Positions 47,960 to 50,123 of a stretch of 50,123 nt of DNA are shown here, one piece after another (position 1 is the stretch's first letter; each line of letters starts with the position of its first letter). The position numbers and the translations under genes are program-made. Under the pieces are notes generated by a model. The model had not been told where the DNA came from, did no database searches, and saw nothing but the letters and a program-made list of their open reading frames with translations. This stretch comes from Clostridiales bacterium. GTDB taxonomy: Bacteria; Bacillota; Clostridia; Lachnospirales; WRAX01. The stretch spans positions 1 to 50,123 of the forward strand of contig JAISCI010000029.1 of the NCBI GenBank assembly GCA_031265685.1, read 5' to 3'.

Positions 47960-49615
47960 ATGCCGGAGGGAGAGAACTGGGAAGTAATAGTCAAGTGTAA
48001 CGGGGACATCGGCGCCATCGCGGAAGCGCTGGGCATCCAGGCGGAAGTCCTTGGCGAGGGATTCGCGATCCTCACGCTCGCGCCGGAAGATATTGACGAA
48101 TTATACCAATTCCCAGAGATCGCATATATCGAGATGCCGCGCGAACTGTCGCTGTCCGCGTGGATCGGGCCTGACGACTCCTGCGTGCCCCCCGCGCGGA
48201 ACCCCTTGGACTACGGGTTGAGCGGACGCGGGACGATCGTCGGCGTAATCGATTCCGGCGTGGATTACACGCACCCGGCGTTTCGGGACGCGGACGGTAA
48301 CAGCCGCATACTGTGTCTGTGGGATCAGACCGCCGAAGGCGCGCCGCCCCGAGGCTTCCTCGGCGGCGTGGAATATAATAACGAGCAGCTGAACGCGGCT
48401 CTTAAAAGCCCGATTCCTTTCGATGTCGTCCCGGAGACTGATTCTGTGGGGCACGGGACGGCTGTGGCCGGCATAGCGGCGGGGGGCGGGGAAGAGGAAG
48501 GCGTCGCGCCCGAAGCGTCGCTGATTGTCGTGCGCCTGGGCGAAAGGGGGCGGCGCTCTTTCGCCCGCACGACCGAAATTATGCGCGCGCTGAAATACGT
48601 TTCCGACAGGGCTTTGGAGTTCGGTATGCCCGTCGCGGTAAACTTAAGTTTCGGGACAAATAACGGCTCGCACGCCGGCAACTCGCTGTTTGAAACCTTC
48701 ATCGACGACGTGGCGCGGCGCGGCAAGTGCGTGATTGTCACCGCGACCGGCAACGAGGGCTTCGCGGGCCATCACTACGAGGGCAAAGCGAAAGAGGGGC
48801 AAATGATTGAGATTGATTTCACGGTAGTCTCACCGCGCTCGGTTTACCTGACGATGTGGAAGGGCTTCGCCGATACGTTCGACATCGAGCTGATCGCGCC
48901 GAACGGCGGTTCCAGCGGCATTATGAGTCCTTCCGACGCTTTCCGGAGCTTTTCAGTTCCCGGCGTGGACGTCTCAATCTATTACGGCCAGCCGTCGTTC
49001 TATAATGAGAACCAGGAGATATTTATCCAGCTGGATCCGTCGGGACTCGCCCCGCAAAACGCTTTTTGGCGTCTGCTTGTCTTCGGTCGTAAGGTTATCG
49101 AGGGGGATTTTCATATTTGGCTTCCGACTTTGGAGGACGCCGGCGACGAAACATTTTTCCTTACGTCCGACTCGGATCTGACGCTGACGATCCCTTCAAC
49201 GGCGCGTAACGTGCTGTCCGTCGGGGGTTATGACGCCGAAACGGGTTCCGCCGCTCCGTTCTCCGGCAGGGGTTACACGTTCCGCGATATCTACGTCAAG
49301 CCGGATTTGGCCGCGCCCGCCGTCGATATCCGGTCCGCGCGCGCGGGCGGCGGATACGCGGCTTTCACGGGCACCAGCATGGCCGCTCCTTTCGCGGCCG
49401 GCGCGGCGGCGCTGATGATGGAATGGGGGATAGCCCGCGGGAACGACCCGTTCCTGTACGGCCAGCGCGTAAAAGCTTACCTTATGAGCGGAGCCTCGCG
49501 CGATCCGTCGATCGCTTACCCCAACAATATATGGGGTTACGGAGCGCTGTGCCTCGAGGCTTCGATGGATCTGCTGCGCGATTACGGATCAATCTATCCT
49601 CTTGCCTGCGAATAG
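47960..49615 (+). CDS. S8 subtilisin-like protease, CspA/CspB germination-protease type
   Basis: Intact triad VIDSG, GHGT, GTSMA; LWDQT; NDPFLYG; YPN..WGYG. Confidence 0.9.
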   Translation: MPEGENWEVIVKCNGDIGAIAEALGIQAEVLGEGFAILTLAPEDIDELYQFPEIAYIEMPRELSLSAWIGPDDSCVPPARNPLDYGLSGRGTIVGVIDSGVDYTHPAFRDADGNSRILCLWDQTAEGAPPRGFLGGVEYNNEQLNAALKSPIPFDVVPETDSVGHGTAVAGIAAGGGEEEGVAPEASLIVVRLGERGRRSFARTTEIMRALKYVSDRALEFGMPVAVNLSFGTNNGSHAGNSLFETFIDDVARRGKCVIVTATGNEGFAGHHYEGKAKEGQMIEIDFTVVSPRSVYLTMWKGFADTFDIELIAPNGGSSGIMSPSDAFRSFSVPGVDVSIYYGQPSFYNENQEIFIQLDPSGLAPQNAFWRLLVFGRKVIEGDFHIWLPTLEDAGDETFFLTSDSDLTLTIPSTARNVLSVGGYDAETGSAAPFSGRGYTFRDIYVKPDLAAPAVDIRSARAGGGYAAFTGTSMAAPFAAGAAALMMEWGIARGNDPFLYGQRVKAYLMSGASRDPSIAYPNNIWGYGALCLEASMDLLRDYGSIYPLACE

Positions 49616-49838
49616 CTGCTTATGTCACAAGTGACATAAAGTTCGCTATGCGCTGAAGTGGCGGGTTAAAAGAAAAGAGCCGCAAAGCGGCTCAAATACA
49701 GGTTTCATAGGGAAATCTCCTCACATAATATTTCTTGCTTGGCTGATGAAGTCCGGCAATGGAAATTGTGGATTGGGTGATGCGGGTTCGGTAACAGCAA
49801 GTTGAGGTATCTTTCGATTGGTAAGTGCCTTTGTGACG

Positions 49839-49907
49839 GCGGTGCTTGAGAAACGCGCGGGGCTTAACTTCGCCCAGATGGATCTCTACCTCAACGTCGC
49901 CGGCGGG
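49839..49907 (+). pseudogene. Short internal radA/sms fragment
   Basis: AVLEKRAGLNFAQMDLYLNVAGG matches the RadA Lon-like domain motif. Confidence 0.65.
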
Positions 49908-50123
49908 TACCGCAAAATCAGCCCGCGCAAAAACTCCCAAACCCATAGCAAAATCCCATAAAACATGGTATAATTAAAACAACACAAACGATTGCGGAGG
50001 CGAAGATTATCCCATACAAACAGGGCGAAAACCGAAACCAACTGGCGCTTGAGCCGCTGTGCCTGGACGACTACATTGAGCCGGACAGCATATGCCGGGT
50101 GATCGCGGCGTATGTGGACAGCC
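49908..50123 (+). mobile_element. IS1182-family element, left end and transposase N-terminus (runs off the window)
   Basis: PYKQGENRNQLALEPLCLDDYIEPDSICRVIAAYVDS from 50012; ATC where the paralog at 30130 has ATG. Confidence 0.8.

Noticed and set aside
49660-49830. IS110 left end / bridge RNA on the minus strand
   Set aside because: Based only on a 10-residue stub; no D-x-x-K RuvC-like motif follows.

Overview
High-GC DNA from what is inferred to be a spore-forming Clostridia-class bacterium (SpoIID/LytB and Csp-type S8 protease genes, sigmaA promoters, GGAGG RBS). It carries two giant secreted multidomain CAZymes (a CE15-like esterase, 2029 aa, and a GH127/GH146-type enzyme, 1592 aa). It also carries a uronide uptake locus (LacI, six-hairpin GH, GH43, ABC transporter, GH4, uxaE), a uxaC / LarA-like epimerase / gnd / PfkB kinase cluster next to fba, and housekeeping genes (glyA, galK, hppA, a type IIA topoisomerase B subunit). 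AT-richer intergenic islands hold short relics of mobile-element genes: Dam methylase, tyrosine and serine recombinases, IS1182, ParA, Toprim and a phage tail. The most unusual signal is a ~27-31 bp palindromic element (consensus GAAWTTYGC-N8/9-GCRAAWTTC) at about 17 loci. It appears to insert into the loop of its own copies, giving up to 4-level nested structures with differing arm sequences. It also sits in the loop of a second hairpin-element family, in pseudogenes (one filled/empty site pair is visible), and in-frame in an apparently intact GH43 gene. All calls are by eye; no database searches were run.
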